Positions 10,038-21,706 of a stretch of 64,000 nucleotides of DNA are shown one piece after another. Positions within the stretch are counted from its first letter, which is position 1. Each line of letters begins with the position of its first letter. The stretch comes from an uncultured Candidatus Rokubacteria bacterium. Its GTDB lineage: Bacteria > Methylomirabilota > Methylomirabilia > Rokubacteriales > CSP1-6. A program made the translations under genes and the position numbers. The stretch lies in NCBI GenBank assembly GCA_963754315.1, contig CAVWFS010000019.1, forward strand, positions 704,001 to 768,000, in the 5' to 3' direction. The notes below the pieces were generated by a model. That model saw only the letters and a program-made list of their open reading frames with translations, was not told the DNA's origin and did no database searches.

Positions 10038-11171
10038 ATGATCACGGTGCCGGCCCACCGCGTCAAGCAGTTCGGAGTGGAGTTCTATCAGGCTGGGTTG
10101 TCCGTCAAGGATATTGACCGCCTCGTGAAGTTTGAGGTGCTCGGCTACTCGGGCGGTCCTAAGCCGGCAGAGCCAGTCAAGGCACGAGCGACAGCCCGCT
10201 CGCGGGTCAACTGGGATAGCCTCGAGCGGCGCATCACGGAGAGCGAGGCGGCATATCAGCGGCCCGTCATCCGACGCAAGATCGACGAGCTTATCGCGTA
10301 CTACCGGGAGTGCAAAGACGCGGCCACCTTGCCGGCGATTCCTGGCGCGGTCATTATCACCTCCGAGAAGCGCTTCACCTTCACCCCGGTGGCTGGCCAT
10401 CACGATCTCGGTCTCTTGCAGATTCCGGAAGAGCACGGCGTGCTTCGTGTCCTCGACGGACAGCACCGGCTGCTGGCCCTGCACGGACTCAGTCAGAGTG
10501 GCGACGGGCTCGGCATGGAAGTACCGGCCGTCCTCTTCGACTCGCTCGACGCCCGCCAGATCGTGGAACTGTTCGTGACGATCAACGCCAAGCACACCCG
10601 GTTGAACCCGTCGCACATCATCAGCTTGGCCGGGCGCAAGCTTTATCCCGACCCGAATCAGGCCCTCGCCCACGACGTGATCCGGTCGCTCAACGAGGAC
10701 GAGACGTCTCCGTTGCATGGCGACATCAAGATGCTCGGCACCGGGCGGGGACGCGTGAGCCAGGCCCCCCTCGCCGAGGAGATCGTCGACTTTCTGGAGA
10801 CCGTCGAGAAGGTTGGCGGCGGCGGTCGCATCCAGGAGCTGCGCGGGGGGGCCAAGCGGTTTTTCCTGAACTATGTGAAGGCCATCGCCGGCGTGTTTCC
10901 TACCGCGTGGGGTGGACGCAAGTACTCGATCAAGACGGGCGCCGCCTTGCGTGCGTTCGTGCGCGTCGCGCCCGACGTGATGGCTCGCGCGCGCGAGCTG
11001 CGACGCGACCCCTTCGATTTGCACGCCATCCGGGAAGCTATCAAGCCGTGGGGAGAACGGCTGCGCGATCGACGCTTCGAGACCGAGGGCGAGTGGAAGC
11101 TCAAGCTCGCCGGCGGCACCCGAGGCACCGTCGAGGTCCTCACGCGCGAGCTGCGCGACGCGCTCCGCTGA
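10038..11171 (+). CDS. DGQHR domain-containing protein (DndB/ParB-Srx-like superfamily)
   Basis: YQR, LRVLDGQHRLLAL, FVTINAKH motifs. Confidence 0.85.
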   Translation: MITVPAHRVKQFGVEFYQAGLSVKDIDRLVKFEVLGYSGGPKPAEPVKARATARSRVNWDSLERRITESEAAYQRPVIRRKIDELIAYYRECKDAATLPAIPGAVIITSEKRFTFTPVAGHHDLGLLQIPEEHGVLRVLDGQHRLLALHGLSQSGDGLGMEVPAVLFDSLDARQIVELFVTINAKHTRLNPSHIISLAGRKLYPDPNQALAHDVIRSLNEDETSPLHGDIKMLGTGRGRVSQAPLAEEIVDFLETVEKVGGGGRIQELRGGAKRFFLNYVKAIAGVFPTAWGGRKYSIKTGAALRAFVRVAPDVMARARELRRDPFDLHAIREAIKPWGERLRDRRFETEGEWKLKLAGGTRGTVEVLTRELRDALR

Positions 11172-11178
11172 TTGTTAT

Positions 11179-11253
11179 TGGGGGGCCCCGAAATGGCCCC
11201 CAAGCCCCCCGACGCTCGGAGCGCCCAGGGAAAACCCGTGGCGCTCCTCGATC
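11179..11253 (+). repeat. Dispersed double-hairpin (REP-like) repeat, copy 1
   Basis: TGGGGGGCC-CCGAAAT-GGCCCCCA..CCCCCC..CGCTCGG..hairpin..CCTCGATC; similar copies at 31921, 34883 and 47996; lies between convergent genes. Confidence 0.8.
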
Positions 11254-11258
11254 CGACG

Positions 11259-11756
11259 CTAGCCAGGCTTCTCGTTCTCGGTCCAGCTGAAGTTGACGTC
11301 GAGGATCTCGAAACTCTTGGTCCCCCCGGGAAGTTGGGCTCTGACCGTTTCTCCCACGCGCTTGCCGATGAGAGTCCGAGCCAGGGGTGACAGGATTGAA
11401 ATCCGCCCGCGCGGCGGCTCAGCTTCGTCAGAACCAACGATCCAGTAACGAACCGCCTTCCCTGACTCGTCCTCCAGCCTGACCGTCGAGCCGAACGTCA
11501 CCCGATCTCCGCTCGTGGGGGGATCGATGACCTCGGCTCGGCCGACCTTGTCCTCCAGCTCATTGATGCGCCCCTCGATGAAGCTCTGCTTCTCGCGGGC
11601 AGCATGGTATTCGGCATTCTCGCTCAGGTCGCCATGGGCCCGAGCCTCCGCGATGGCTTTGCTGATGGCGTGGCGGTCGACCCGCTTGAGGCGGTCGAGC
11701 TCGTCGCGCAGGCGTTCGAAACCCGCGCGGGTCATGGGAGTGCGCGGCGCTGACAT
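11259..11756 (-). CDS. greA: Transcription elongation factor GreA
   Basis: [35 protein letters not shown]. Confidence 0.95.
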   Translation of the reverse strand: MSAPRTPMTRAGFERLRDELDRLKRVDRHAISKAIAEARAHGDLSENAEYHAAREKQSFIEGRINELEDKVGRAEVIDPPTSGDRVTFGSTVRLEDESGKAVRYWIVGSDEAEPPRGRISILSPLARTLIGKRVGETVRAQLPGGTKSFEILDVNFSWTENEKPG

Positions 11757-11805
11757 GCGCCTTAACTTAACACGAGGGGCCGAATGGTTTACCCTGAGGG
11801 TTGTC

Positions 11806-13134
11806 ATGCCCCTCCGCGTCTGTGTCGCCCTTCTCTTCCTCGTGCTGACGGCGAGCGCGTGCAATCGGTCTCAGGCCGAGGCTCCCGCCAAGTCAGGGAA
11901 CCCGCCGGGGAAAGCGAGCGGGCCAGCAGCCACTGGCCCCTCCGCGATTCCCGTCACGGTGGGGCGGGCCGAGTCGCGAGCTGTTCAGCGCGCGGTCGAA
12001 ACCAGCGGCAGCCTGCTGGCGTGGGAAGAGGTCCAGGCGAAGACGGAGCAAGCGGGGACCATCGCCAAGCTCTTCGTCGATCTAGGCGACCGGGTGACGG
12101 CCGGCATGACGTTGGCCGAATACGACCGTCGTGAATTTCAGCTCACGGTGGAGCAGGCACAGGCGGACCTCAGCGCCGCCCGCGAATCGCTGTCACGGGC
12201 CCAAGCCACCGTGGCTGCCGGTGAGGCATCGCTACGCCGGGTGAGGGACAATTCGGCCTCTCTCGAGGCCGATGTCGCGCGGGCCCAGTCCCAGACGGAA
12301 TGGGCGCGCACGGAGCTGGAGCGAAGCCAACAGCTGTTCAAGAAGGAAATCATTGCCGCCCGAGACGTCGACAGTGCCCGTAACCTGTACAATACGGCGG
12401 CTGCCCAGCTGACCATGATGCAGACCGCGTTCGCTCAGCATCCCGACCAGGTGCGTGTGGCTGAGGCCCAGCTTCGCTCGGACCTCGCCGCTGTGCGAGC
12501 GGCCGAGGCGACCGTCAAGCAGCGTGAGGCTGCCCTCGGCATCGTCGACAAACGCCTGGGCGATACGACGGTGAAGGCGTCCATGGCGGGTTTCATCGCC
12601 CGGCGTCACGTCTCCGCTGGCGAGTTCGTCAAGGACAACACTCCGCTCTTCACCATCGTCGTCATCAACCCGCTGAAGTATGCGGGAACCGTGCCCGAGC
12701 GTCAGGCGCCGGAGCTGAAGATCGGCCAGACCCTGCGCCTGACCGTCGAGGCCTATCCCGACAAGACGTTCACCGGCACCATCACCCGGCTGGCGCCGGC
12801 GGTGGAAGTGGCAACGCGCACCTTGGCCGTCGAGGCCCGCGTGGCCAACGATGCCAACGCCCTCCGCCCCGGTTTCTTCACCAGGGGCACGGTGCTCACC
12901 CGCGAAGATCCGAGCGTGGTGGTCGTGCCGGCCGATGCATTGATGAATGTGGTCGGCCTCAACAAGGTGTTCGTGATCGCCGACGGCAAGGCCCAGGAAC
13001 GGCAAGTCCGCCCAGGAGTTCGCCAGGGCGGCACCCTCGAGATCCTGCAGGGCGTGAAGGCGGGAGAGACGGTGGCCACCTCGAATCTGCCCGCTCTCTA
13101 CAACGGTGCTCTCGTCACCGTGGTCACCCGGTAA
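11806..13134 (+). CDS. RND efflux periplasmic adaptor (membrane fusion protein), lipoprotein-like signal
   Basis: LTASAC lipobox-like; lipoyl/barrel motifs with a long coiled-coil hairpin; LRPGFF. Confidence 0.88.
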   Translation: MPLRVCVALLFLVLTASACNRSQAEAPAKSGNPPGKASGPAATGPSAIPVTVGRAESRAVQRAVETSGSLLAWEEVQAKTEQAGTIAKLFVDLGDRVTAGMTLAEYDRREFQLTVEQAQADLSAARESLSRAQATVAAGEASLRRVRDNSASLEADVARAQSQTEWARTELERSQQLFKKEIIAARDVDSARNLYNTAAAQLTMMQTAFAQHPDQVRVAEAQLRSDLAAVRAAEATVKQREAALGIVDKRLGDTTVKASMAGFIARRHVSAGEFVKDNTPLFTIVVINPLKYAGTVPERQAPELKIGQTLRLTVEAYPDKTFTGTITRLAPAVEVATRTLAVEARVANDANALRPGFFTRGTVLTREDPSVVVVPADALMNVVGLNKVFVIADGKAQERQVRPGVRQGGTLEILQGVKAGETVATSNLPALYNGALVTVVTR

Positions 13135-16100
13135 GTGGGCCTGCTGGAGGTCTTTGTCCGCCGTCCGGTCTTCACCACGATGCTGCTCACCTCGCTCGTG
13201 GTGCTGGGAATCGCCTCCTTCATTCAACTGGGGGTGGACATCTTCCCCAAGGTTGACCTACCCACCATCACCATCACCACCCGCCTGCCGGGCGCCTCCC
13301 CCGAGGAGATCGAGAGCCAGATCACCAAGACCATCGAGGAGGCCGTCAACACCATTGCCGGCCTGGACGAGCTCCGCTCCAGCTCCATCGAGGGCCAGTC
13401 ACAGGTCTTCGCCACCTTCGTGCTCGAGCGCAACGTGCAGGAAGCCGCGAACGACGTGCGCGAAAAGGTGAGCGCCGTGGTGGCTCGCTTTCCCCCGGGG
13501 ACCGAGTCTCCAATCATCGAGAAGGCCGATCCCGACTCTGCCCCCGTGATGGCCGTGGTGGTCTCGGGCCAGCGCTCACCGCGCGAGCTCACCGAGATCG
13601 CCGATAAGCGAATCAAGCGTCAGCTGGAGACGGTCAAGGACGTAGGTGCCATCACCATCGTTGGGGGTCAGAAGCGGGAGATCCAGGTCTTCGTCGATCC
13701 CGACCGCCTGTCCGGCTATAGCCTGAGTATTCAGCAGGTCAAGGACGCCCTCGCCCGGCAGAACGTGGAGATTCCCGGAGGCCGCATCACGGGCGGCGCC
13801 CAGGAAGAGGGGCTTCGTACGCTCGGTCGGATCGAGAGCCCAGAAGCCTTCGAGAGCCTTATCGTGGCCGATCTCAAGGGGGGGCCCGTCCGCATCCGTG
13901 ACATCGCCACCGTGGTGGACGGCGAGGAGGAGCCACGCACGCTCTCCCGTCTCAACGGGCGCAACGCGGTCTCCCTCGTCATTCGCAAGCAGTCGGGAAC
14001 GAACACGGTGGCCGTGGTCGAGCGCCTCAAGGAGCGGTTGACAGAGATCCAGAAGGGGCTCCCCCAGGATATCCAGTTCGAGGTCGTCCGCGATCTCTCC
14101 CGGTTCATCAAGCGCTCGATCCATGAGGTGCAGGACCATCTGCTGCTAGGCGGTCTCCTGGCAAGCCTGATCGTGGCGGTCTTCATCGGCCGGCTCGTCT
14201 GGTGGGAGATGGCGGCGGTGGCCCTCATCGTGGGGACGGTGGGGGCCGCCTTCCTGACCGGCGACCCCGAGTTGCTCTTGCAGGTGACGGGCGTCTGCAT
14301 CGTCATCACCATGATCTTCTTCGCGGCGGTGCGGAAGCTGCGGCCCGCCTTCGTGGCTTCGCTGGCCATCCCGTGCTCGATCGTGGCGACTTTCCTGGCC
14401 ATGCGGATGGCCGGCTTTACGCTGAACAATCTGACCATGCTGGGGTTGTCTCTCTCCACGGGCATCGTGATCGACGACGCCATCATCGTGCTGGAGAACA
14501 TTTTCAGGCATATCGACGAGGAGCGGCGATCGCCCTTCGAGGCCGCCATCACGGGCACGAGGGAGATTGCCCTGGCCGTCACCGCCACCACCCTCTCCCT
14601 CGTCGTCATCTTCCTTCCCGTGGCCTTCATGGGCGGACTGGTGGGCAAATTCTGGAACTCCTTCGGGCTGACCGCCACCTTCGCCATCATGGTCTCGCTC
14701 CTGGTGGCCTTCACGTTGACCCCCATGCTGGCCGCCCGCATCTTCGGGGCTCACGCCCCCACGCTCGAGCCCGGCGGCCATCGCCGCGATGACGGTGGCC
14801 TCTATCGCGCCCTGGAGCGCGGGTACGAGGGGCTCCTGGGCTGGAGTCTCCGTCATCGCTGGGTGATCGTGCTCATCAGCCTGCTCATCCTCGGCTCCGG
14901 GTGGGTCCTGCTCACGCGATCCAAGATGGAGTTCGTGGTGGACGACGACATGAGCGAGTTCGAGGTGGTGGCAGAAGCCCCGCCCGGCTCCTCGCTGGCG
15001 CGCTCGGCCGAGCTGGTAGCCCACATGGAGGCCGAGATCCGCAAGATCCCGGAGGTCACCACGCTCTTCTCAACGGTCGGAGTGCGAGGCCAGGCTCAGT
15101 CCAACGTGGGAGACATCTCGCTCTACGTAGGTCTCAAGCCGTTGCGCGAGCGCAAGCGGAGCCAGGAGGAGATCAAGCAGGAAGTACGTCAGCGTCTGGC
15201 GGCCTTCCCGGGCATGCGGGTGAGCGCGCAGCAGATCAGCCTCATCGGCGGGGGTGGCTTCCGGCAGACGCCGTTCAACCTCATTCTGAGAGGGCCCGAC
15301 CTCGGCCGGCTGGAGGAGTACGCCCGCGTGGTCATCCGCGACCTCGCCAGCAAACCGGGCTTCGTCGACCTCGACACGGCCCAGGCCTATCGCCAACCGG
15401 AGGTCCAGGTTCACATCGACCGGCAGAAGGCCTCTGATCTTGGCGTGCGGGCCGATGCCATCGCCGCCGCCCTCCGGACGATGGTGGGCGGGGAGAAGGT
15501 CGGTTTCTATCGCGAGGGCGGCGAGCAGTACGACGTCCGCGTGCGCCTCAAGGAGGACTATCGAAGCGCGCCCGGCCCCCTCCCGAACCTCATGGTGCCG
15601 GCCAGTGATGGGCGCCTCGTGCGGCTCTCGAATATCGTCGACTTCGAGCGGGGCATGAGCCCGGGACAGATCGAACGCTACGCCCAGGAGCGCTCGGTCA
15701 CCCTCATCTCGAACCTCTATCAGAAACCGCTCGCCGACGCCTACAAAGAGGCCTACGCGGCGGTGGCCAAGCAGCGGATGCCGTCGGAGTATGGGATCGT
15801 CACCACTGGGCGGGGCAAGCTGATGCAGGAGGCTATCAAGAACTTCCTGATTGCGCTCGCGCTGTCCGTCGCCTTCATCTACATCGTGCTGGCCGCCCAG
15901 TTCGAGTCGTTCATTCACCCGGTGACCATCATGGTGTCGATGTTCCTGGCAATCCCCTTCGGTCTCCTCACCCTCATGGCACTCGGGATGACCCTGAATA
16001 TCTATTCGATCATGGGACTCTTCCTGCTCATGGGGGTCGTGAAGAAGAACGCGATCCTGCAGGTGGACTACACGAACGTCCTCCGTACGCGGGGGATGCC

Positions 16101-16413
16101 GAGGCGCGAGGCGCAGATGGAGGCGGACCGGGCCCGACTGCGCCCCATTCTAATGACCACGTTGGCCATCGTGGCGGGGATGCTGCCGGTGGCGCTGGGA
16201 CGCGGCGATGGTTCCGCCTCACGGGCGTCGCTGGCCACGGTGGTGGTGGGCGGGCAGATTCTCTGCCTGCTGGTCACCCTCATCGTGACTCCCGTCATCT
16301 ATTCGATGTTCGATGACCTCAGCGGACTGCGTGTATTTTCCTGGGTTCGCTTCCCACGCTGGTTCCGCCGCCGCACCTGGGTGCCAGGCGGCGAACGGGT
16401 CCCTGCGCGTTAG
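13135..16413 (+). CDS. RND efflux transporter permease (AcrB/CzcA/MdtB family)
   Basis: [36 protein letters not shown]. Confidence 0.93.
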   Translation: MGLLEVFVRRPVFTTMLLTSLVVLGIASFIQLGVDIFPKVDLPTITITTRLPGASPEEIESQITKTIEEAVNTIAGLDELRSSSIEGQSQVFATFVLERNVQEAANDVREKVSAVVARFPPGTESPIIEKADPDSAPVMAVVVSGQRSPRELTEIADKRIKRQLETVKDVGAITIVGGQKREIQVFVDPDRLSGYSLSIQQVKDALARQNVEIPGGRITGGAQEEGLRTLGRIESPEAFESLIVADLKGGPVRIRDIATVVDGEEEPRTLSRLNGRNAVSLVIRKQSGTNTVAVVERLKERLTEIQKGLPQDIQFEVVRDLSRFIKRSIHEVQDHLLLGGLLASLIVAVFIGRLVWWEMAAVALIVGTVGAAFLTGDPELLLQVTGVCIVITMIFFAAVRKLRPAFVASLAIPCSIVATFLAMRMAGFTLNNLTMLGLSLSTGIVIDDAIIVLENIFRHIDEERRSPFEAAITGTREIALAVTATTLSLVVIFLPVAFMGGLVGKFWNSFGLTATFAIMVSLLVAFTLTPMLAARIFGAHAPTLEPGGHRRDDGGLYRALERGYEGLLGWSLRHRWVIVLISLLILGSGWVLLTRSKMEFVVDDDMSEFEVVAEAPPGSSLARSAELVAHMEAEIRKIPEVTTLFSTVGVRGQAQSNVGDISLYVGLKPLRERKRSQEEIKQEVRQRLAAFPGMRVSAQQISLIGGGGFRQTPFNLILRGPDLGRLEEYARVVIRDLASKPGFVDLDTAQAYRQPEVQVHIDRQKASDLGVRADAIAAALRTMVGGEKVGFYREGGEQYDVRVRLKEDYRSAPGPLPNLMVPASDGRLVRLSNIVDFERGMSPGQIERYAQERSVTLISNLYQKPLADAYKEAYAAVAKQRMPSEYGIVTTGRGKLMQEAIKNFLIALALSVAFIYIVLAAQFESFIHPVTIMVSMFLAIPFGLLTLMALGMTLNIYSIMGLFLLMGVVKKNAILQVDYTNVLRTRGMPRREAQMEADRARLRPILMTTLAIVAGMLPVALGRGDGSASRASLATVVVGGQILCLLVTLIVTPVIYSMFDDLSGLRVFSWVRFPRWFRRRTWVPGGERVPAR

Positions 16414-18302
16414 GACCGTGGGAGCAGGTTGGGCGACACGTCCACTTTTGCCTTTGCCTGAGCTTCGTTGACCCAGCTCTCCCAGGCCTGATTTTGCTTT
16501 TGCGTGAGCACCTCACGTGAGAGCGTATCGCGCTCCCCGGCCAGCGCGCTCATGTCGGCCGGCACACGCTCCAGAACTTTGAGCGCGTAATAGCCCTGCT
16601 GAGAGCGCACGGGATCTGTGATCCCGTGCTGGGGGGTCTGTAGCGCGGCGATCATCGCGTCGCCTGGAAGGCGATCGGCCGGCTTGGCGCGCGTGAACAC
16701 CGGTGTTTCGCCGGTGACGGCACCTGCCTTCTTGGCGGCCGCTGCGAAGTCACCCGCGCGAGCGTCGGTCACGAGCTGCTTAGCTCGCTCCAGGGCCAGC
16801 ACCTCTGCCTTCTGGCGACGCACCGCCGCCAGCACGTTGTCGCGAATGTCGGCCAGGGCTGGGACGGTGGGTGGCCGGGTCTCCACATTCTTCATAACGA
16901 CCCAGCCCGTGGGCGTCTTGATTGGTTGAGACACGCCATTGGCACTCAGGCCGAAGGCGGTCTCCTGCATGGAGTCGGCCACGGGCGCCTGGCCGGGCGT
17001 GCGCTCAGGTCGATCGATCATCGTCTCCAGCGGCGTCATTCCGCGTGCCTTGGCCGCGGCCATGAAATCCGGAGCTGCTTGAAGCGCGTTCCGCAACTCG
17101 TCGGCCTTGGCCCGGGCCGCCCGGTCTGAGGCCTCGGCCGCCAGCCGCTCACTGATCTGTGCGGTCGCGGCCTCCTTAGGTTTCTTGGAGCCTTCCTTGA
17201 CGTCGGTGACCTTGATCGCGTGATAGCCAAATGGTGTGCGCACCGGTTCCGGGGAGAGCTCGCCTTTCTTGAGCTTGAACAACGCCTCTTCGAATGGGGG
17301 CACCATCTCGCCTTTACCGACGAAACCGAGGTCACCCCCGTTGACGGCCGAGGCAGGGTCTTGCGAGCGCTCGCGGGCCAGCTTGGCGAAGTCTTCGCCG
17401 CGCTTGACCCGGCTGATGATCTCGGCCACTGCTGCCTTGGCCTTGTCCTCCGCCTCGCTCCCTCCCGTCTCGGGAACCTTGAGAAGAATGTGGGCAGCCC
17501 GCACCTGGGGCGGGCTCTCGAATTCCGTGGCGTGCTCCTGGTAGTACTTCTCGATCTCCGCCGGGGTGACGGTAGGGGCGAAGTCCTTGGGATTGACGGA
17601 CACGTACTGGATTCGGCGTCGCTCCGGCTGACGGAAGTCGGCCTGATGGGTGTCGAGATATTTCTGCAGCTCCTCGTCGGTGGCCGTGACAGAGGCGATG
17701 AGTGGAGTCTGCTCGACCAGGGCCCAGGCCGCCCGCACGCCATCCCGACGATGCGCGAAAGCCTGTGCCAGCTCGGCCTCGGATACCTTGATGCCTCCCT
17801 TGATCAGCCCTTCCATTTTCTGGCGGGTGAGCTGACGACGCATCTCCTCCTCGAAGGCCGGCTTCGAAAGATTCTGTGCCCGCAGAAAAGCTTCGTAGCG
17901 TTTCAGCGAGAAGCGGCCGTTCTCCTGAAAGGCCGGCACAGAATGCATCTGGGCATTGAGCTCGGCGTCGGTGAGGGTTAGCCCTTCCTTCGCGGCGCGC
18001 TGGACGACGAGTGCCTCTTGGACGAGATCGCTCACCACCTGTCGGGGCAGGCCTAGTTGCTGGGCCACCTCCGGCGAGAAGCGGTCGCGGTACATCTGCG
18101 CATACGCGTTGTAGTATGCCCGGAACCGACGCTCGTACCGGTCAAGGGGAATCGACTCTCCGTTCACCGTGGCGACCGAGTCCTGCCGGACTCCTGAGCT
18201 ACCGGCGCCAAAGACCACGACCGAGGTCACCACAAACGCCACGATGACGAGTAACAGAGCGATCTGGAGCGTCTTGCGATACTGCCGCATCACAGTGATC
18301 AT
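16410..18302 (-). CDS. ppiD: PpiD/SurA-like periplasmic chaperone with parvulin PPIase domain
   Basis: N-terminal TM, SurA_N region, [31 protein letters not shown]. Confidence 0.88.
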   Translation of the reverse strand: MITVMRQYRKTLQIALLLVIVAFVVTSVVVFGAGSSGVRQDSVATVNGESIPLDRYERRFRAYYNAYAQMYRDRFSPEVAQQLGLPRQVVSDLVQEALVVQRAAKEGLTLTDAELNAQMHSVPAFQENGRFSLKRYEAFLRAQNLSKPAFEEEMRRQLTRQKMEGLIKGGIKVSEAELAQAFAHRRDGVRAAWALVEQTPLIASVTATDEELQKYLDTHQADFRQPERRRIQYVSVNPKDFAPTVTPAEIEKYYQEHATEFESPPQVRAAHILLKVPETGGSEAEDKAKAAVAEIISRVKRGEDFAKLARERSQDPASAVNGGDLGFVGKGEMVPPFEEALFKLKKGELSPEPVRTPFGYHAIKVTDVKEGSKKPKEAATAQISERLAAEASDRAARAKADELRNALQAAPDFMAAAKARGMTPLETMIDRPERTPGQAPVADSMQETAFGLSANGVSQPIKTPTGWVVMKNVETRPPTVPALADIRDNVLAAVRRQKAEVLALERAKQLVTDARAGDFAAAAKKAGAVTGETPVFTRAKPADRLPGDAMIAALQTPQHGITDPVRSQQGYYALKVLERVPADMSALAGERDTLSREVLTQKQNQAWESWVNEAQAKAKVDVSPNLLPRS

Positions 18303-18330
18303 CGGAACTCCTCTTTATAGTCGGGGGGAG

Positions 18331-18664
18331 CGACGCCGCTCCTCCCCGACACCCCCCACCGGGTTCCGGCGAGGCCGCCTCGTCACGCTCCGACCCCCCG
18401 ACCGGCGCTGCGACGCCGCTCCTCCCCGACACCCCCCACCGGGTTCCGGCGAGGCCGCCTCGTCACGCTCCGACCCCCCGACCGGCGCTGCGACGCCGCT
18501 CCTCCCCGACACCCCCCACCGGGTTCCGGCGAGGCCGCCTCGTCACGCTCCGACCCCGCGACCGGCGCCGCGACGCCGCTCCTCCCCGACACCCCCCACC
18601 GGGTTCCGGCGAGGCCGCCTCGTCACGCTCCGACCCCGCGACCGGCGCTGCGACGCCGCTCCTC
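18331..18664. repeat. Tandem array: four near-identical 80-bp units plus a 14-bp partial
   Basis: Units start at 18331, 18411, 18491 and 18571 (CGACGCCGCTCCTCCCCGACACCCCCCACCGGGTTCCGGCGAGGCCGCCTCGTCACGCTCCGACCCC[C/G]CGACCGGCGC[T/C]G). Confidence 0.95.
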
Positions 18665-18741
18665 ATCATACCAAGGGAGGATACGTCCTCCGCACTCCGC
18701 GGCCCGACAGCCCCTGTGGTTGGTCGGCGAGGCGTAGTCGG

Positions 18742-19599
18742 CTACGTTCCGGAACCCTGCGGACCCTCGGAGTCGACCGGCCCGGGCGGGGAGGTCGGCG
18801 GGACACTCTGCTCAGGTACCACGCGTCGGGTCAGGGTAATGAAGCCAGTGTGGGCGACCATGCGATGGAATGGGCGCACCGACTGACCCTCGATGTTCCA
18901 GGGGCGGTAAAGCGTTTCGAAGGTTTCGGTCAGGGCCCATCGCGGGTCGCGCCGCAGTACCTCGGAGATCTGGTGGGACTGAATGATGGTCGGCACGTAG
19001 GCGAGAAAAATCCCACCCGGGCGCAACCGCGAGGCCACCGCCGGAGCGAGCGTCCACGGCTCCGGCAAGTCCAGCAACACCCGGTCGACAGGATCCTCGT
19101 CGGCGAGACCGGCCTCGATCGCGCCCAGACGCACGATGAGGTTGGTCACCTCGCCCAGGCGCAGACGGATGTTGGCCAGAGCGCGGCGGGCAAATTCCTC
19201 CCTCTGCTCGTAACTGATTACGCGACCCTCGGATCCTACCGCGCGGAGCAACGCCAAGGTGAGGGCGCCCGAGCCCATACCCGCCTCCAGCACACGACAC
19301 CCAGGATAGATATCGGCCCAGAACAGAATCATGGCAAGATCCTTCGGGTAGATCACCTGGGCCCCGCGCGGCATCTCAAGCACGTATTCGGCCAGGGTTG
19401 GGCGCACGGCCAGGTAACGCATGCCGAGCGAGCTTCGCACCCAGGTTCCCTCGGGCTGCCCCACGAGCGCATCGTGCGGGATCCAGCCGCGATCGGAATG
19501 GAAGGCTTCCGACTTTCGAAGGAAGATCAGGTGACGCTTCCCCCGTCCGTCGATGAGCAGAATCTGCTCACCTTCCTGAAAGGACACCGCCCCGTTCAC
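18742..19599 (-). CDS. trmI: tRNA (adenine58-N1)-methyltransferase
   Basis: MPRGAQVIYPKD, VLEAGMGSGALT, LDLPEPW, VRPFHRMVAHTGF. Confidence 0.93.
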   Translation of the reverse strand: MNGAVSFQEGEQILLIDGRGKRHLIFLRKSEAFHSDRGWIPHDALVGQPEGTWVRSSLGMRYLAVRPTLAEYVLEMPRGAQVIYPKDLAMILFWADIYPGCRVLEAGMGSGALTLALLRAVGSEGRVISYEQREEFARRALANIRLRLGEVTNLIVRLGAIEAGLADEDPVDRVLLDLPEPWTLAPAVASRLRPGGIFLAYVPTIIQSHQISEVLRRDPRWALTETFETLYRPWNIEGQSVRPFHRMVAHTGFITLTRRVVPEQSVPPTSPPGPVDSEGPQGSGT

Positions 19600-19753
19600 G
19601 CGTGATCGCGCGGCGATCGGAGAATGTCGGGGGAAGGGCAGGCGCGCTCGGTCATGTTGTTACCATCGTACAATAAGGCCGCGCGCGTACTCGAGATCGT
19701 CGAGAGTCCCTCGCCGTCGATAGTAGAGGACGGCAGCCAGTGTCGGCGTGTCG

Positions 19754-20089
19754 TCACGCCCAGGCCGCGATCGCCTCCCGGCGCGATGCGTGGATCTCCA
19801 GGATCTTGATCAGGCGGGTCATCTCGAAGATGGCACGCACGTCGGGTTGAAGATCACACAAGCGGATGTCTCCTCCGAGGCTCCGGCAATGCTTGAGAGC
19901 CGCCACGAGAGCCCCGAGGCCCGAGCTGTCGATGTAGGCCACACCCCCCAGGTCCAGCAGCAGGCGCGTCTGCTTCCGGTCAATGAGGTCGGTCAGTGTG
20001 CGCCGGAACTGCTCGGCCACGGCCATGTCCATGTCCCCATCGGGCGCGACCACGGTGGTTTCTCCTTCCTTGGTTACCTTGATGTCCAT
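19754..20089 (-). CDS. STAS-domain anti-sigma factor antagonist (RsbV/SpoIIAA-like)
   Basis: DLGGVAYIDSSGLGALV phospho-Ser motif. Confidence 0.92.
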   Translation of the reverse strand: MDIKVTKEGETTVVAPDGDMDMAVAEQFRRTLTDLIDRKQTRLLLDLGGVAYIDSSGLGALVAALKHCRSLGGDIRLCDLQPDVRAIFEMTRLIKILEIHASRREAIAAWA

Positions 20090-20118
20090 CCCTCGATCCC
20101 TCCGATCCAGCTTCGTTG

Positions 20119-20544
20119 TTACGCCTTCGCGGGTCGTCGCTTAATCAGGGTCCAGCGTGTTCCCGAGTCTCGCTCGACGTCGATCACAAGCTGATCGACG
20201 ACACTGCGCACGAGAAAGAGTCCGAGGCCCTGGCTGGGGGTGGCCTCGAGGTCAGGTTGCCGATAGCGCGACTCGTCGAACGGCTTGCCCCAATCCTCGA
20301 CCTCGATCACGAGCTGCTCTGGTCCCGCAACCAGCGAGATCCGGATCGGACGGCCCCTCATCCCTTCGTATGCGTGCTTGATCGAGTTGTTACACAATTC
20401 GCCGACGGCGAGCAGCAGCTTGCCACATTCCTCCAGAGCCAGTCCCTGGCCCACGAGGACCGTCCACAGCCAGGAACGCATGCGGGCAAGCTCTTCCGGC
20501 TCGCTGGTCATCGAGAAGGTCGTCGAGTGCACGGACGCGCTCAC
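20119..20544 (-). CDS. Anti-sigma factor / Ser kinase (RsbW-like HATPase)
   Basis: ELCNNSIKHAY, DWGKPFD, GLGLFLV. Confidence 0.9.
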   Translation of the reverse strand: MSASVHSTTFSMTSEPEELARMRSWLWTVLVGQGLALEECGKLLLAVGELCNNSIKHAYEGMRGRPIRISLVAGPEQLVIEVEDWGKPFDESRYRQPDLEATPSQGLGLFLVRSVVDQLVIDVERDSGTRWTLIKRRPAKA

Positions 20545-20545
20545 G

Positions 20546-21706
20546 TTAACGCCGAAGTACGAAGACGGTGACGTCGTCGCGAAGCTTCGCGCCCTCGCGG
20601 TTCACGGCGTAGGCCACAATGGCCTCGACCAATCGCGCCGGGGACTCCTCGCGGTGCGTCTCCAGCAGCGAGATCAGTCCCGCCAATCCCGACCGACGGC
20701 CGCCCCGATCGAGGGTCTCCAAGGCCCCGTCACTCACGAGCACGAGCGTGTCGCCGGGCTCGAGCCTGATCTCGGCCTGTCCGAAGCGCGCGTCGGCGAA
20801 GGCTCCGATGATGGCACCATCGACGTCGATGGTGCCGGCAGGGTGGCCACGTCGCATGAGGATGGGCGCCGGGTGCCCGCCGTTGGCGATCTGCAGCACA
20901 CCTTCCCGGGACGGATCGAGGACCGTCAGTATCGCGGTCACGAACATCGACGGCGGCATGTCGCGACAGAGAGAGGCGTTGAGGCGCGCAAGGACGGTCG
21001 CCGGATCCGCCAGTCCGTTGGCGATCTCTCGCAGCAAGGTGCGCACCATCACCATGAGCAACGCGGCCGGAATGCCCTTGCCGGAGACGTCACCGACGGC
21101 CACTCCGATGAGATCGCCCATGGGAACCACATCGAAGAAGTCGCCTCCGACGATCATGGATGGCTGAAGCGCAGTCGCCGTCTGAAGCCCCGCCAGCCGC
21201 GGGGGGACTGCGGGAATCAGGCGCGTCTGGATTTCCCGAGTAGTTTCCAGATCGCGCTGAAGCTGGGCGAGACCCTCGGCCGACGACCACGCCCCGAGCA
21301 GACCCAGGAGAGGGCGGGTGAGGCGAGCCTGCTCCGTCCGCCGGAGCAACGCGCGTACCCGAGCCACCACTTCGTTGGGTTCGAAAGGCTTGGCGACGTA
21401 GTCGTCGGCCCCGTGCTCGAAGCCTACCAGTCGGTCCGCCACCTGCGCTCGGGCGGTGAGCATGATGACCGGAATGCTCGATGTCACCGGCTCCGAGCGG
21501 ATCCGCCGGAGCATCTCCAGGCCATCCAGCCGCGGCATCATGACGTCAAGGACCACCAGGTCGGGCGTGTGCTCGGCGAGTTTGGCGAGCCCGTCGACCC
21601 CGTCCGAGGCCGCCGTAACCTGGAAGCCCGCCCGCTGCAGGGTGAGGGTCAGGATGGTGCTGATGTCGACCTCGTCGTCCACGACCAACACGCGCGTATC
21701 GGTCAT
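20546..21706 (-). CDS. Response regulator receiver fused to PP2C/SpoIIE phosphatase (RsbU/RsbY-like)
   Basis: LVVDD..LDVMMP..KPF receiver; GGDFFD, GDVSGKG, SDGALE, DDVT. Confidence 0.92.
   Translation of the reverse strand: MTDTRVLVVDDEVDISTILTLTLQRAGFQVTAASDGVDGLAKLAEHTPDLVVLDVMMPRLDGLEMLRRIRSEPVTSSIPVIMLTARAQVADRLVGFEHGADDYVAKPFEPNEVVARVRALLRRTEQARLTRPLLGLLGAWSSAEGLAQLQRDLETTREIQTRLIPAVPPRLAGLQTATALQPSMIVGGDFFDVVPMGDLIGVAVGDVSGKGIPAALLMVMVRTLLREIANGLADPATVLARLNASLCRDMPPSMFVTAILTVLDPSREGVLQIANGGHPAPILMRRGHPAGTIDVDGAIIGAFADARFGQAEIRLEPGDTLVLVSDGALETLDRGGRRSGLAGLISLLETHREESPARLVEAIVAYAVNREGAKLRDDVTVFVLRR

Noticed and set aside
18331..18664. Possible CRISPR array
   Set aside because: The 80-bp units are almost identical end to end, with no unique spacers and no cas genes in the window
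18169..19605. 478-aa + strand ORF and short repeated ORFs over the tandem array
   Set aside because: Translation of the repeat plus the antisense of trmI; low-complexity Pro/Arg sequence
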